In this document: piece by piece, positions 63,428 to 64,000 of the stretch
Numbering within the stretch: the stretch's first letter is position 1
Layout: each line of letters begins with the position of its first letter
DNA from: Candidatus Bathyarchaeota archaeon
Lineage (GTDB): Archaea; Thermoproteota; Bathyarchaeia; 40CM-2-53-6; RBG-13-38-9
Length of the DNA: 64,000 nucleotides
Assembly (NCBI GenBank): GCA_963807605.1
Contig: CAWECG010000003.1
Location: forward strand, 864,001 to 928,000
Direction: 5' to 3'
The notes under the pieces: model-generated
Databases searched by the model: none
The model's input: only the letters and a program-made list of their open reading frames with translations
What the model was told of the DNA's origin: nothing
Made by a program: the position numbers and the translations under genes

Positions 63428-64000
63428 TTAGGTTGCACTTTCGAACATGCTCTTGAGTGTTGAGGTGAGTCCAAGTAAGAATGCGTATGATTCTTCTGGT
63501 TCTGGGCTCGGTAGCCGGTCGTGAAATTGTATTATGCCTGTATCTACATGCACTGGCGTAATGGAGACCATGCCTTTGTCAATTTGTTCATTCAGGTGGA
63601 GTTGAACCTGTTTTTGGTCTAATAGCGGGAGTTTCTTCTCGGCCCTGATCTTGTTTGATCGTTCTGTTATCAGTTGCGCCCACCCCGATATCTTCGTCAG
63701 GTCGTATGGGAATTTTTCGGCTGGCAGAATTATGTTCAGTAGACTGTATATCCAACAGCTCAGGAGTTCCGTGTATGATGGAGTATTTATCGCTTGAACA
63801 GCTGTCGACAACTCCTCATCATATTCCAACGTTCGTTGCAAGTGATCATCGACTGCGGCTCTGCTTCCGTCGAATGCTATGGTGAGTTTGAGTTTGAATG
63901 CTAGAGCTTTCTTAAGGTAATCAAAAGCCTCACTCTTCTTGCCATCTCCCAGCAGGGAGATGAATCCTGAGTAGGCTTGGTTCAGAATCTCAGCAATATT
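63428..64000 (-). CDS. Hypothetical protein, 5' end outside the window
   Basis: The frame is open from the window end (NIAEILNQAYSGF...) into ORF 63428-63841. Confidence 0.7.
   Translation of the reverse strand, partial: NIAEILNQAYSGFISLLGDGKKSEAFDYLKKALAFKLKLTIAFDGSRAAVDDHLQRTLEYDEELSTAVQAINTPSYTELLSCWIYSLLNIILPAEKFPYDLTKISGWAQLITERSNKIRAEKKLPLLDQKQVQLHLNEQIDKGMVSITPVHVDTGIIQFHDRLPSPEPEESYAFLLGLTSTLKSMFESAT

Overview
Archaeal chromosomal window, most consistent with a TACK lineage such as Bathyarchaeia (inferred from PolD + Elf1 + Cdc6 + Ftr-like gene + multi-intron tRNAs; no database search was run). It contains a replication and segregation neighbourhood (PolD large and small subunits, cdc6, a probable ORB-containing origin at ~13.6-14.05 kb, a ParA cassette with iteron-like repeats), DNA repair genes (Lhr, RPA, Nth, Nfo, TatD), ppdK and a PEPCK fusion, a purSQLFEM operon, a proC-purD-HAD-ftr-pfkB operon, pyrB/pyrI, metX, hom, SOD, an ABC exporter and two tRNAs that each carry two introns. 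The most striking feature is a 32-nt bulge-helix-bulge (tRNA-type) intron inside the protein-coding gene nadE (11125-11156). Cutting at the standard endonuclease positions removes a premature TAG and a frameshift and restores the conserved GYFTK(F)GDG motif. Other highlights are an HTH-fused NrdD homologue lacking its radical residues, an Ftr paralogue in a purD operon (candidate GAR formyltransferase), and several genes collapsed by deletion.
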